A stretch of 64,000 bases of DNA from Octopus vulgaris (taxonomy: Eukaryota). Below, piece after piece: positions 39,430-52,544 of the stretch. The stretch is taken from contig OX597832.1 in the NCBI GenBank assembly GCA_951406725.2, positions 57,412,001 to 57,476,000 on the forward strand, read 5' to 3'. The notes beneath the pieces were generated by a model that did not search any database, was not told the DNA's origin, and worked only from the letters and a program-made list of their open reading frames with translations. Made by a program: the position numbers and the translations under genes. Position 1 is the stretch's first letter; each line of letters begins with the position of its first letter.

Positions 39430-40300
39430 TACTTGTTGTGGAGCTAAAATGGCTGACTTAATTCTTTGCTTGGTTTAATATCGCCATGGGACCTTTGAAT
39501 GCTTTTAGTAGTATGCATTCTGTTTCAAGCATTTGTCCCAGTCTCCAGTTTGAGGCCATCACCCTCCTGCCATCACATGCATACACACACAATCTCATCC
39601 AGCATGGTTTCTATGACTGGGTGCCCTTCCTAATGCGAACCACTTTACAGCGTCGGCAAGATGTTTTTTACAGCGGCACCACTTGAGCACCTTTTTACAC
39701 AGCACTGGCACAGGACCTTAGCAGGCCAATCCTCTTCAGCAAGGGTAGCCCTTAACATTTCCGCTGTGAAGTATGGGTCTTCTTGAGTACAGCAAAGGTG
39801 CCAGGTAGGCTTAGACAATGTGGCTGGTGCTGGTCTTCTCTCTTGTGTTCTTGAATCAAAATTGACTTTGGAAAATAGCAACACCTGACTACAAACATCG
39901 GTGCTACTTTTCACTTTGAACACATTCTAACATTCTTGTATGAAACTTTTGAAAATGGATTTACTGTTTCCTGATTTAATTTCTTAGAATATACCATTTC
40001 TTTGATTGTTTTTCGTTTTTTTTTCTTTTTTCTTTTTGTCTTCCAATTCTGTTTGTAGTTTGAAATGAATGGATCAAAACCAAATTATCATTAGTCGTTA
40101 TTATATTTTATTACATTATATATTATATTTATAAACTAATTATTTTTAGAAAATCATTAATCAAAAGAATATTCTTTCGTGAAATCATTTAGTTTCTTTC
40201 CTTGTTTATTTATTTATTTATATATTTATTTATTCACTCACTTCTGTCTCTTCTTCTTTTTCACCTTTTTCTTCTTCCTCTTCTTTGTCTACTCTCCCTA

Positions 40301-40355
<55 letters not shown>

Positions 40356-41075
40356 GACTTTCTTCACGTTCTTCTCCTCCTTCTCCGAACTCATTGTCTT
40401 GCTTGCTTGTGTGTTTATCGAGGAGGCCAGCGTTTTATCTTCAGTTGGTTTGAGGTAACAGCTAATTATAGCATATTAAATGATGAGAAATAATAATAAT
40501 AATAAAAAACAAAAAAACAAAACAAAACAAAACAAAAAGCAAAAAAAAAATGTCTCTGTGTTTAATTAGTTTATATTAATTAATATTCCAAACGTATATG
40601 CCTTTAATTTATGTTTCTATCTTACATATAAACAATTTTAGAAATTTTAATGCAATACAATTAATATATATATTTTTAGTTTTTTTTTCTTTGTTTTTTT
40701 TTTTGTATTTGGCAGGTTGGGGGGTGGGGGTGGTTGGGGGGGGGAGGAGGGTAGTTTTGTTCTCCATCAATGTTATCAACGTGATTTCATTAACTTTGTG
40801 ATTTTAATTTATAGTTTATTTCGTTTTCGGTATAGTTTTGTTTTTTTTTTCCTTCTTGTTTTTGTTTTTTTCTTCTTCTTTTTCCTTCAATTTTTCTTTT
40901 TTTTTTAATTCTTCTTTTTTTTTCTTCTTCTTTCCCTGCTAATAGAGAATTTAATTATTCTGTTACCTTTGAATTATTGAGAGTGAAATTCGCCTCTGAC
41001 ATTTTACCAAACAAGATGCGTATGTAATTCTTACCCTCTCTCTCTCTCTTTCTCTATTCTGTGTTTACTTCTCAG

Positions 41076-41150
41076 TACCAAGAACTGGAACACACCAATA
41101 ATATTTGATCTAAAAGATGGTTGCGTATCACTGATTGTCCAAGCAGAGAA
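41076..41150 (+). CDS. IFT80: IFT80 internal exon C
   Basis: (CT)n tract plus ttctcAG ending at 41075; donor AA|gtaatt at 41151. Translates (S)[24 protein letters not shown](K), compare IFT80 [25 protein letters not shown]. 75 nt, phase 2 to 2. Confidence 0.96.
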
Positions 41151-41264
41151 GTAATTTTTAAATTTTGTTTTACCATTTTTTCTTTCTTTCATTTCTATCT
41201 TTAAAATTTTCTCTTCTGTTTTTGGCTTTTTGTACTTTGTATTTCTCACTCTTGTTGTTGTTGC

Positions 41265-41658
41265 TGTTCTTCACCTTATTCTTCTTCTTCTTCTTCACCT
41301 TCTTCTTCTTCACCTTCTTCTTCTTCACATTCTTCTTCTTCTTCTTCACCTTATTCTTCTTCTTCTACCCTTCTTCTTCTTCTTCTTCTTCACTTTCTTC
41401 TTCTTCACCTTATTCTTCTTCACCTTATTCTTCTTCTTCACCTTCTTCTTCTTCTTCTTCTTCTTCTTCACCTTATTCTTCTTCCTCACCTTCTTCTTCA
41501 CCTTCTTCTCTTTATTCTTCTTCTTCACCTTCTTCTTCTTCACTTTCTTCTTCTTCACCTTCTTCTTCATCTTCTTCTTCTTCTTCTTCTTCTCCTTCAC
41601 ATTCTTCTTCTTCTTCTTCTTCTTCACATTCTTCTTCTTCTCCTTCTTCACCTTCTTC

Positions 41659-41690
<32 letters not shown>

Positions 41691-42410
41691 CTTCTTCTTC
41701 TTCTCCTCTTCTTCTTCTTCACATTCTTCTTCTACTCTTCCCATCATCATCACCGTCGTTGTCATCTTCATCGTTATTGTTGTCTAGCCTAATATTTGAT
41801 TGGTGAGATGTTAATTGAAATTGATGCAGCTAGATATGTTCCGTCGGGAGATGCTTGGCATTTTATTAATAAGTGCTGCTGCCACACAAGCGAAGGTGGA
41901 AGATTTATCAAGTGTAACATCACAGGTTCAAACCACACAAAGACCTGTGTGAAATTTCCTTGTTTGACAAAATATTTTACAGCTTACTCTCATCTGCTTA
42001 AGATAAAAAAGGATTAATCATTGTCGTTAGCGAGCAATTAATAATCTTAGCATAATCATTCAGTTGTTAAATTACTGTCCAATGAACAGCAATAAAATAA
42101 TTAAGATTAAATAAAATAGAATAAAATAAATAACGAGATAGCGGTTATTCTTAACTTAGAAATTATAATAAAATTGTCTTATAATCTGCCTTTTTTTTGT
42201 TTGTTTTTCATCATCGTCGTCTTCTTCTTCTTCTTCTTCTTCATCATCATCATCATCATCAATATTTTTACTGTCATCATTGTCATCTTTAGTATTATCT
42301 TCATTGTCATCACCAGCATCATCAGCAGCATCAGCATCAACATCATCATTGCCATCATTATCAGTACCACCATCATCATCACCACCACCACCACCGCCAT
42401 CAACATCAAC

Positions 42411-42441
<31 letters not shown>

Positions 42442-42631
42442 CAACTACCACCATCAGCATCAACACCACCACCATCACCACCACCACCACCACCATCATC
42501 ATCACCACCATAACCACCACCATCAACACCATCACCACCACCATCATCAACATCACCACCACCACCACCGCCATCATCACCACCACCACCACCATCATCA
42601 TCACCGCCACAACCACCACCACCACTACCAT

Positions 42632-42663
<32 letters not shown>

Positions 42664-42670
42664 TCACCAC
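41265..42670. repeat. (CTT)n field 41265-41730 and (CAT)/(CAC)n field 42205-42670
   Basis: Directly visible. Confidence 0.9.
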
Positions 42671-42739
42671 CCACCAGCAATTTTGATTTTAATTTCACGT
42701 GCCTCAATAGGTCTTCACAAGCAAGGTTTATTGTCATTG

Positions 42740-43090
42740 ATTATTCGATGTGTTGAAATTTCTGAGCAAATGCTGGCAGAAGCCAGAGATTCCAGATTTT
42801 TTTATCAACTCATTTCCTCTGATGGTTCCGGTCACATCATGTTTCTGGTCACATCAACCACCATAACTGCTTCTATTATTCAGAAGATGACCCCGAATAG
42901 GTTTGGGAAAAGCACAGAAATTTGTGCATTCCATATTCATCGAGAAATGATGAATGGTGGTCGTTACCTGAATGGTGATCGGTCATCTGGCCAGATTTTT
43001 GATGCTGTCATTCAAAAGTCTTTGTGAAAGATGGAGCACTACCTCAGTATGACAAATGTGTAAGAAACTTCCTCAATCAGCACCTATGAA
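42740..43090 (+). mobile_element. Tc1/mariner-superfamily transposase fragment (catalytic region; rosa/DD41D-like wording)
   Basis: Frameshifted peptides QLISSD, HVSGHINHHNCFYYSEDDP, EMMNGGRYLN and KDGALPQYDKCVRNFLNQH resemble FSDE, HLSG.VN.HNC, TVNG.RYL.ML and QQDGAPPH...VR.FLN. Confidence 0.7.
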
Positions 43091-43168
43091 ATCATTGGAT
43101 TTTTAAAAACTCAGGCTGGGGCACTAATTTTGGCCCACTCTGTATAACTATATATATATATATGTTTA

Positions 43169-43500
43169 GGCGCATGGCTTCGTGGTTAGAGCATTGAACT
43201 TACGACTGTGAGGTTGTGAGTTTGATTCCCAGACCAGACTGTGTTGTGCTCTTGAGCAAGGCACTTTATTTCACGTCACTCCAGTTCACACAGCTGTAGG
43301 AATAAGTTGCAATGTCACTGGTGCCAAGCTGTATTGGTCCCTTTGCCTTTCCCTTGGATGACATCGATGGCATGGAGAAGGGAGGCTGGTATGCATGGGT
43401 GACTGCTGGTCTTCCATAAACAGCCTTGCCCAGACTTGTGCCTCGGAAGGTAACTTTCTAGGTGCAGTCTCATGGTCGTTCATGACCAAAGGGGTCTTGT
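43169..43500 (+). mobile_element. tRNA-derived SINE, family D
   Basis: Colinear with 3404-3705 over about 300 bp. Related diverged copies at about 5615-5860 (+), 18690-18965 (-), 20020-20206 (-) and 47790-48090 (-). Confidence 0.85.
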
Positions 43501-44066
43501 ACACAATATATTGCTCTGAGTTTATTAATCATTTCATATGTTGGAGATGTTTTCTAGGCAGGTTTTGATAACATACCTAGTGTCTCCAAGCAGTCTTCAG
43601 ACTCTTAGCACATGGCTTATACAAGTTACAAACCAGAACAAAAGACCAAAAGAAATCATGAGCAAAAGATGAGAGGAAGATGGATGCAGAAAGTGGAAAG
43701 ATGAAGGAAATTCACCATGAATAAATTAGATTGATGCTTAATGTAAGTTTTACATGGCAAATTATGAGTAGAAGTGATTTATTTTCTGACTGCCAAATTC
43801 ACTTGCAAGTATTTGGTCTGTCTGATCCGGTAGTAAGAAAATTCTTTCTCAAGTGCCGTGCAGTGGGACTGAACCCAAAACCTTGTGGTTAGGAAGCAAA
43901 CTTCTTAACCACACAACCATACCGGCATCTCAGTTCTATGTAACCAAAGCTTCTTCTATACTGCTTCTCTAACTTTCATAGTAACCCGTTGTATTGATAT
44001 TGTGCCTAAAACTGCTGGTTCTTGGATCTGATGGTGATTTTTTTACTTTACACTAATTAATTCTAT

Positions 44067-44355
44067 ATTACATTTAAATATAAATAAGAGAAGAGACCAC
44101 TAATTGGGTCCCTCATATGCTAAAAATAGATGTCAAATTAGCAAGGTGCTAGATGTTTATGAGCTAGACAAATGAAAAGAAATAAACATAGTTAATTAAA
44201 TGCCGTTTATTTCTTTTCATTTGTCTAGCTCATAAACATCTAGCGTCTTGCTAATTTGAGAACACATATTTCATGGTAGGATGGTCTGACGTCTATTTTT
44301 AGCATACAAGGGATCCACTTGGTGGTCTTTCCTCTTATTTATATTCAAATGTAAT
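44067..44355. repeat. Long imperfect inverted repeat with a one-sided insert of about 30 nt
   Basis: Arms of about 120 bp around loop 44188-44204. The inner part ctagatgtttatgagctagacaaatgaaaagaaataaac is perfectly mirrored. Confidence 0.9.
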
Positions 44356-44653
44356 TCACAGTCCTTGGATGTTTTTTTACGGATGCTGACCACTGGTTGA
44401 AATTGGTATTATTTAATGATATTAATTTCTATATTACATTTTATTCTTTTATTCTTTTATTCGTTTCAGTCATTTGACTGCGACCGTGCTGGAGCACTGC
44501 TTTTAGTTGAGCAAATCGACTTATTCTTTGTAAGCCTAATACTTATTCTAGCGGACTCTTTTGCCGAACCGCTAAGTTACGGGGATGTAAATACATCAGC
44601 ATTGGTTGTCAAGCGATGTTAGGAGGAAGGGGGACAAACTCAGACACACAAAC

Positions 44654-44702
<49 letters not shown>

Positions 44703-44705
<3 letters not shown>

Positions 44706-44780
44706 TTAAAAGCAGCAGAAATATAACAAAAGCTGTTACTCAGAGTTTCACATTCCCGTTCGTTGGTCAGTTTTGCTAAA
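44703..44780 (-). mobile_element. Short Penelope-like fragment with a degenerate hammerhead motif inside a SINE's (TA)n tract
   Basis: Minus strand reads aaaactga-CCAACGA-ACG-ggaa-TGT-GAAAC-tctga-GTA-acagcttttg, flanked by (TA)n on both sides. Confidence 0.5.
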
Positions 44781-46039
44781 ATATATATATATATATATAT
44801 GACAGGCTTCTTTCAGTTTCCATCTACCAAATCCACTCACAAGGTTTTGGTTGGCCTGAGGCTATAGAAGAAGACACTTTGCCCAAGGTGCCATGCAGTG
44901 GGACTGAACCCAGAACCATGTGGTTGGTAAGTAAGCTACTTACCACACAGCCACTCCTGTGCCATTGTTGGAAGATTCAACTACATTCTTTCAATTTACT
45001 TTATGAAATGGTTTCTATAAGGATCCCCATATTGAAATTAAAAGCTAGTCTTTGGCAAATATTTATCATTAATCATAACGGACGCAATCATGAGGCTTCA
45101 CAGATACCTCTCTTTGTTGTCATTCTCTTTTCCTCTCTTGGTTTCTCTGTCTGTCTGTGTGTCTGTCTGTGTGTCTGTCTGTCTCTGCTCCTTCGTCTCT
45201 CTTCTCCCCCCCCCCACTCTGTCTCTTGTAAAACCTTGTCTCCCTCACTTCCGCGGGGCAGGTTGTACAGCAACTCTTCTCTGGATGCGAGTAATGGAAC
45301 AATCAAAATTATTCTGATCTGAGTTTTTTTATACTGTTCCGTTGTGGAACGATACAATACACTGCAGAGAAAGACTCCAAGCACTCGGAAAAAAAGAAAA
45401 AAAAACTTTTTTCCACCAGAGATACCTGCCTTAAACAATAAACAAAACTGACATGAGCCATCCTCACCATTATCATCATCATTGTCATCATCATCATCAT
45501 CATCATCATCACCGTCATCATTTAATGCCCACTTTTCCATGCAACTAATTCCCTTTAGTTTCTATGAGGAAGGGGCAATACTTGTCACCTTGTCTAGGGG
45601 CTTTGAAACCAGTTGGAAGAAGAGCCTAAGTTATCCATCAACAGGGACTCTGGCTTGTGGATGCTGATAAAGAGACCAAGGGTGTGGCTGAAGTCTACTA
45701 GTCTAGTGGTTGTCTGCCCTTGGACAGGTCCTGTGCATGTGGACCTTCTGCAGCACACTCTATATGAGCTAGGAGGGCCCCATACCTTACCCTGTTACCA
45801 TTAAGTAAATTACTGGAACTTCGGCTACTATGACTTTGGACAAATACTGGAGTGGTTTCCTGTTGGCTTTTCCAGGCAGGTGGGATTTGAACTCAGAACG
45901 TAGAATGTAGTGAAGTCTACTACACACTTTGAAAACCCATTATGTAATTCAGGGTTGAGGTGCGAAGGAGGAGGCTGCCTTCCAGATCTGTCTGACTCTT
46001 GTTTTGTATGGAAATATAAATATGAAACTGCTGCTGACT

Positions 46040-47130
46040 ATGATGATGATGATAATGATGGTAATAACACTGATCACATCAAAGGTGGTGGTGGTGGTGG
46101 TGGTTGCTGTAATGGTGGTGATGATGCTGGTGGCTGTAGTGGCAATAGTGACTTTGATGATGTTGATGGTAGTGATGAGAGCAATAATGATGGTGGCGAC
46201 ACTGGTAATAATGATGATTGCGATGATGGTGATGGTAGCGGTGATGGTGGCAGTGGTGGTGGTAATGGTGACAATTATGATGATGATTGTGATGGTGGCA
46301 TTAACGATAAGGATAATGATGGGGACAGTGATGATGATGATGATGATGATGGTGATGGTGGTGGTGGCGATGATGGTGGTGGTAGTGATGGTGGTGGTGG
46401 TGATGATAATGGTGGTAGTGGTGGTGGTGGATGATGACGATGATGATGGTGGTGGCGGTGGCAGTGATGACGATGGTGGTAGTGATGATGGTGATGAGGA
46501 TGATGATGTTGATGGTGGTGGTGATGGTGGCAGCCGTCTCCCAGGTCTCTGATTGCAGTTTCTATTTTCCAAAATAACTTTCTTGCTAGAAAGATATCTC
46601 CTTCTGTTTTCGTCAGAGAAGCAGAGTCAGTTATTGTGCCAATGGGGGAAATATTTGGTGGAAAAGAGAGAAAAAAAATCTAACCAAACAACCCCCCCCC
46701 CCCCCACAAAAAAAAACTGAACTAATTGACCTTTGCTTTATTTTGACTAAATAAGGAAATGAAGTGAGTGGCATTCGTTAGGTGGTGGTGGTGGTGGTGG
46801 GAGTGGATTAATGGAGATCTTGTTGTGTACATGGAATTAATAAGGTAGCTTGGAGCTATATAATAGTTCCTTAGTATTTATGTTGTGTCTGAGAGATGTT
46901 TGGTTCTGTGGTTCTGTGTACTCTTTGTGAAAGAGAGAGAGAGAGAAAGAAAGGAATAGAGAGAAAGGTAGTCACAGAGAGACAGATGGAAAAAGAGATT
47001 GGCAACTAGATAGGTAGGTAGATTGACAGACAGAGAGATAGGTTGATAGATAGATAGATGGAAAGACAGAGAAAAAGAGAAAGTGACAGCTATATAGATA
47101 GATAGATAGATAATAGGTAGATTGAGAGAT

Positions 47131-47183
<53 letters not shown>

Positions 47184-47296
47184 AAGAGGTACCTATTTAG
47201 ATGGATAACTAGAAGACAGAAATGGATAGATAGATAGGCAGACAGATAGATAAGTAGACAGAGAGAGAGAGAGAGAAAGTGATACAGATAGATAGA

Positions 47297-47340
<44 letters not shown>

Positions 47341-47470
47341 TACAGATAGATAAATAGATATATAGATAGATAAATAGATTGATAGATAGTGTGTATGTGA
47401 TAGGGAGAGTGAGTGTGAAGGAAAAAGAAAGAGAGAGAAAGACAGAAAGCAAGAGAGAAAGAGAGAGAGA
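46040..47470. repeat. (GAT)/(GGT)n field 46040-46530 and (GA)/(GATA)n field 46930-47470
   Basis: Directly visible. Confidence 0.9.
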
Positions 47471-48171
47471 GTGACTGCCAATTATGATGCCAATTACTTA
47501 CAGAGGGTACTGGGTGCTTCCTTCCTGATACCAGCACTTGAGTGGTCAGCCTGTAAGCTCACAAAACTTCTTGACTGAGTGGAGATGTCTTGTTGAAGCA
47601 GGGGACTTTATGCCATGTGTCAAGAGGCCAAAGTATGGATAGAAAGGAAGGTAGCAGTGTTTTGCTGTAGAGGAGACAACATGGCTGCACCAGTTTGAAA
47701 AAGAAGATAGTGGTAACAAGGTGTCAGGGTCTCTACTCTCAGGGTACAAGGGGCTAACTATAAAACTGGCACTCTGTAGGTCACAGTGATGAGCGCTCCA
47801 GTTGGTGTGTGTTGTGGAACGATCTGCACATGAAATTAATGTGCAAGTGGCTGAGCGCTCCACAGACAGGCATACCCTTAATGTAGTTTTCAAGGAGATT
47901 CAGCATGATGCAAAGAGCAACAAGGTTGGCCCTTTGAAATAGAGGCACTAATAATTTTTATCAGATGAGTTGACTGGAGCAACAATAAAAAAAGTTTCTT
48001 GGTTGAAGGGACAATGCATCACCAGGAATTGAACTCATGACTTTATGGTCATGAGCTGAATACCCTAACCACTAAGCCACATGCTTTCACTGGGTGGCTA
48101 TAAGAGAGAATAAGAATAACTGATTGGGAAGGGTGGGCTGGTAAGTTTGCAAGATTGTGTAAGGAGTAACA

Positions 48172-48487
48172 GATGGGGACAGAGATGAGGTCAGAGATGG
48201 GGACAGAGTTGGGGACAGAAATTGGGACAGAGATGGGGACAGAGATGGGGACAGAGTTGGGGACAGAGATGAGGACAGAGATGAGGACAGAAATTGGGAC
48301 AGAGATGGGGACAGGAATGGAATGAGGAATGGGGACAGAGTTGGGGGCCAGAGTTGGGGACAGAAATGGGGACAGAGAAGAGGACAGAATGGGGATAGAC
48401 ATGGGAACAGGAATGGAATGAGGAATGGGGACAGAGATAGGGACAGAGATGGGGACAGAAATGGGGACAGTGATGGGGGACAGAGAT
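48172..48487. repeat. 12-bp minisatellite (GGGGACAGAGAT)n
   Basis: About 25 degenerate units; source of the PISV/SPSL/CPHL repeat ORFs. Confidence 0.9.
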
Positions 48488-50045
48488 AAATGTAGTGAAG
48501 GGTGCACAAGGGTAAGAAGGGTTCATCTTTTATTGTGTTTTTTTCTCAAGGAGTAATGCAATGCTAATACTAGAAAGATTTGTGTTCTTTTCTTTCTCTA
48601 TCTTTTACTTATTTCAATCATTAGACTGTGGCCATACTGGGGCACCATCTTGAAGAATTTTTAGTTGCTTGAATTGACCCCAGTACTTGTTTTTACTTTT
48701 AAAAACCTGGTACTTATTCTATCGGTTTCTTTTGCTGAACTGTAAGGTTATAATGACATAAACACACCAACACCGGTTGTCAAGTGGTGGTTGGAAACAA
48801 ACACACACACACACACACACGATGATCTTCCTTCAGTTTCCATCTACCAAATCCACTCACAAGGCTTTGGTTAGCCTGAGACTAAAGTAGAAGACACTCG
48901 TCCAAGGTGCCATGCAGTGGGACTGAACCCAGAACCATGTAGTTAGGAAAGCAAGCTTCTTACCGCACATCCAAAAATCATTTCAGTGTTTAGCATTCCT
49001 GCTATGAGACCACAACATATGAAAGCCTGCCTTGTCTACTTTACCCCTCTGTGAAAATTTCTATTCCATCTACAATGGAATATCTAAGTTGTGTTATGTT
49101 TAGCCCAATTCTGGTTTTGCTTATTTATCTAATGGATATCTCAGCAAAGAGAAACTGAAAGCTTTGATAAAAAACACCTCAACAAAAACAATGAAAATCA
49201 ATGAATGACGTACAGTATTAATCATACAGTGGTTTATATATATACATATACACACACATATACACACACTGGTTTATGCTACATGCTGTTTTATATGCAG
49301 TGGTTTACAGACCAGTCTCAAGCTATGAAAGGTGGTATTATGAATTAGCTTTAACTTTTTTGCAGTCAAGGCACAAATATGGTTTTTCTCCCCTGCTTTC
49401 TAAAATGGGATGCAGCAACGTGTGTCTATGTGTGTGTGTGTGTGTGTGTGTATGTGTGTGTGTGTCTGTGAATGTATGTGTATGCATGTGTGTATGCTTT
49501 TCCAGATGTTTCTATGGTATATATATATATATATATATTTTTTTGTGCTCTAGGCACAAGGCCCGAAATTTTTGGGGAGGGGACCAATTGATTAGATCAA
49601 ACCTAGTATGCAACTGGTACATATTTATCGACCCCAAAAGGACGAAAGGCAAAGTCGACCTTGGCGGAATTTGAGCTCAGAACGTAAAGACAGATGAAAT
49701 ACTGCTAAGCATTTCACCCAGTGTGCTAACAATCCTGCTAGCTTACCGCCTTTATATATATATATATACATATGTGTGTGTGTGTGCTGTATATATATAT
49801 ATAACAAAAATACATGGCTGTGTGGTAAGAAGTTTGCTTTCCAACCACATGGTTCTAGGTTCTGTCCCATTTTCTGGCACCTTGGGACATAGCAACCATG
49901 TCAAACAAACACTTGAGCATCCTTGGGCCCATCATATCCTCTCCAACTGTCAAGTCCATGTCAACATAGAACATAGATGTTAAATGATGATGGTGATGAT
50001 GGTGGTGGTGGCGATGATATTCTCAAATAAAATTTTCTCTTGCAG

Positions 50046-50209
50046 GTATTTCTTGTTAGCTGATGGTGCTAATCTAAGCATACTTTCTTATGACGGGAGA
50101 GTACTAAGTCCCATAAAATTTCCTGGACTCAAATCGGAGTTATTGACCCAAGTCACTGTATCACTTAGTAATGACACACTCGCTGTCCGATCAAAGAATG
50201 ATGAAAAAG
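50046..50209 (+). CDS. IFT80: IFT80 internal exon D
   Basis: Acceptor ttttctcttgcAG ending at 50045; donor AG|gtaagg at 50210. Translates YFLLADGANLSILSYDGRVLSPIKFPGLKSELLTQVTVSLSNDTLAVRSKNDEK, compare IFT80 HFLLVDG..YSYEGR..PKFPG...TVSLSNDTIAIR..DEK. 164 nt, phase 2 to 1. Confidence 0.96.
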
Positions 50210-50348
50210 GTAAGGATCAATTCTCATTTGTTTGTTTAAAAAAAACAAAAGAAAAAACAGAACAAAACATTTTGTTTTAATAATTGGTTTGTTGTTTCAA
50301 CTATAAAGTTAGTTAAATGGGTGACTATTGATTCATCCTGCCTCTTAA

Positions 50349-50823
50349 CCCTCTTGATACCAACCCGGCTAAAACTGCCTCTGGTTCTGTTGTACAAATG
50401 TCTTATTACCATAAGTTTTGAATTAAAATCTTCCACCAAACCTTAGTCACAATTTATGTTCCAAACACTAGCTTAATGATAAGCAGGTTATTTTACTAAA
50501 TTCTTGGTTATATTTAAAATTAATTGAAAGAAATACAGAGTATCTCAACAGAAATACGGTAACAGAACGGTTAAAATATATAATAGAGAAACAATTCTTA
50601 ACCTTTTCAATACCAACCTGGCTGAAACCAGCTCTGGTTCTGTAGTACAAATGTCTTGTTTTCTTAAGTTTTGAATAAAAATCTTCCACCAAACCTTAGT
50701 TACAATTTATAATCCTATCACTAGCTTAATGATAACCAAGTTAGTTTACTAAATTCTTTGTTATATTTAAAATTAATCGAAAGAAACACAGAACATCTCA
50801 AAAGAAATACAGTAATGAAAGGT
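50349..50823. mobile_element. Second tandem dimer of the same piggyBac-like MITE (50349-50570 and 50602-50823)
   Basis: Colinear with 25061-25519, including a similar spacer, with TTAA at the junctions. Confidence 0.85.
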
Positions 50824-52544
50824 TTAATATCAGAGGGTCAATTAAGGCAGTGAGGTGGCTGGATTGTTAGTAAATTGGACAAAATGCTTAGTGGCATTAC
50901 GTACCTTTAGGTTTGGTTTCAAATTCTGCTTAAGTTAACTTTGTCTTTCATCCTTTCAGGGTCAATAAAATAAGTACCATTTGAACACTTGGGTCAATGT
51001 AATCAACTTACCCACTCCCTCAAATTTGCTGGCCTTGTGCCAAAATTCGAAAGCAGTATAATAGGATCAGTTGTTTGACTTTCTGTGTCCAAAGTTAAGG
51101 TATCAATGATAGCATTATTGACATTTCCTGAGATAATCTGATATATGTTCCCTATTACTGATGGACAAATAATGCCGACCAGTGGTTCACAGTTGGATCT
51201 ATATGACTTCTGGGGATTCTGTGTAATATTTTGGGGTGTTCGTGCAAGCAAAGTAGTAAATTGAAGATCCTCATTAGTATTTTAAGGGTTTTAATTTTGC
51301 TTCAGATGTCATCATGATCATCATCATCGTTTAACGTCTGCTTTCTATGCTAGCATGGGTTGGACGATTTGACTGAGGACTGGCGAACAAGACGGCTGCA
51401 CTAGGCTCCAATCTTGATCTGGCAGAGTTTCTACAGCTGGATGCCCTTCCTAACGCCAACCACTCCGAGAGTGTAATGGGTGCTTTTACGTGCCAATGGC
51501 ACGAAGGTCAGTCAGACAGTACTGGCAACAGCCACGCTCAAATGGTGATGACCTTGCTTGAATGTTTTTCATGTGCTACTGGCACAAGTGCCAGTAAGGT
51601 GACGCTGGTAACGATCACACTCAAATGGTGCTTTTTACATGCCACTAGCCAGAAGCCAGTTAGCTGCTCTGGCAATGATCATGCTCGGATGGTGCTCTTT
51701 GCAAAAGACAGCTAGGTTTCTTTCTCTAATACTCTATGTAGTTCACCACATTTCCAGTCATTGAAACCTGTTCTCTCAGACAGCGCTATTGCTAATGTAT
51801 GCAAACAAAAGTGTTAAAAACAAAAGAGGAACTTTTGAAATAAGTATCTATGAAACTAGTTATTAAACATTGAATGACTCTGGGGGTCCACCAGAATAAA
51901 ATACCAACCAAAGGGGTCCATAGTTAAAAAAATAGATGGCTGAGAACCAGATATAGACATCAATATGACACACTTAATGTGTGTGCATTGTTAAATGCTG
52001 TGAAGCTGCAGTATTTATCTGAGGTAGGCCCCTTTAAAGACAGCTGTGTCTAAAAACACAGTATACTTCAAGCTAGATGCAATAAATTGCCCCAGAAGTA
52101 AAATAGAGTGATAATAAATGTACCATTTGCCGATCTGTTATAACATCAATAAGTTCCAAGTGGCTATGAATGACAGCTCAGTATCAATAGCTGATGACAC
52201 ACAATGACGTAGAAATGCATATCCTATGGTCCAGTTTTGTCATTCATTACCCAATGAGGTGTTTACCACACATAGTGCTTATAAGAATTTTTCTCATGAG
52301 ATAATTTCTGCAGCATATGTCCTTCCATGTCTGATTGTATGCAAATATGATAAACATGATTGTACACTCCTATGTAGGATACATGAATTTTACGTGGGTG
52401 CCATGACTCATCTGTAATGCAAGGAAAATGAATATCACAGTATATATGTAGATATGATATATATAGCATGATACATGGTACATATGTGCATACCATTAGC
52501 AGAACTGCTGCACCCTTTAGTCAACCATTTATGTCAGTATTAAA

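Noticed and set aside
41165-46572. Poly-Ser/Phe/Lys and Gly/Asp-rich ORFs resembling structural or biomineral proteins
   Set aside because: Trinucleotide repeats open in most frames, with no splice signals or unique domain, inside an IFT80 intron.
51055-51250. Minus-strand VIGNIYQIISGNVNN peptide resembling a LINE endonuclease motif; also the LINE-like peptide at 54920-55126
   Set aside because: Similarity is too short and degenerate to call by eye.
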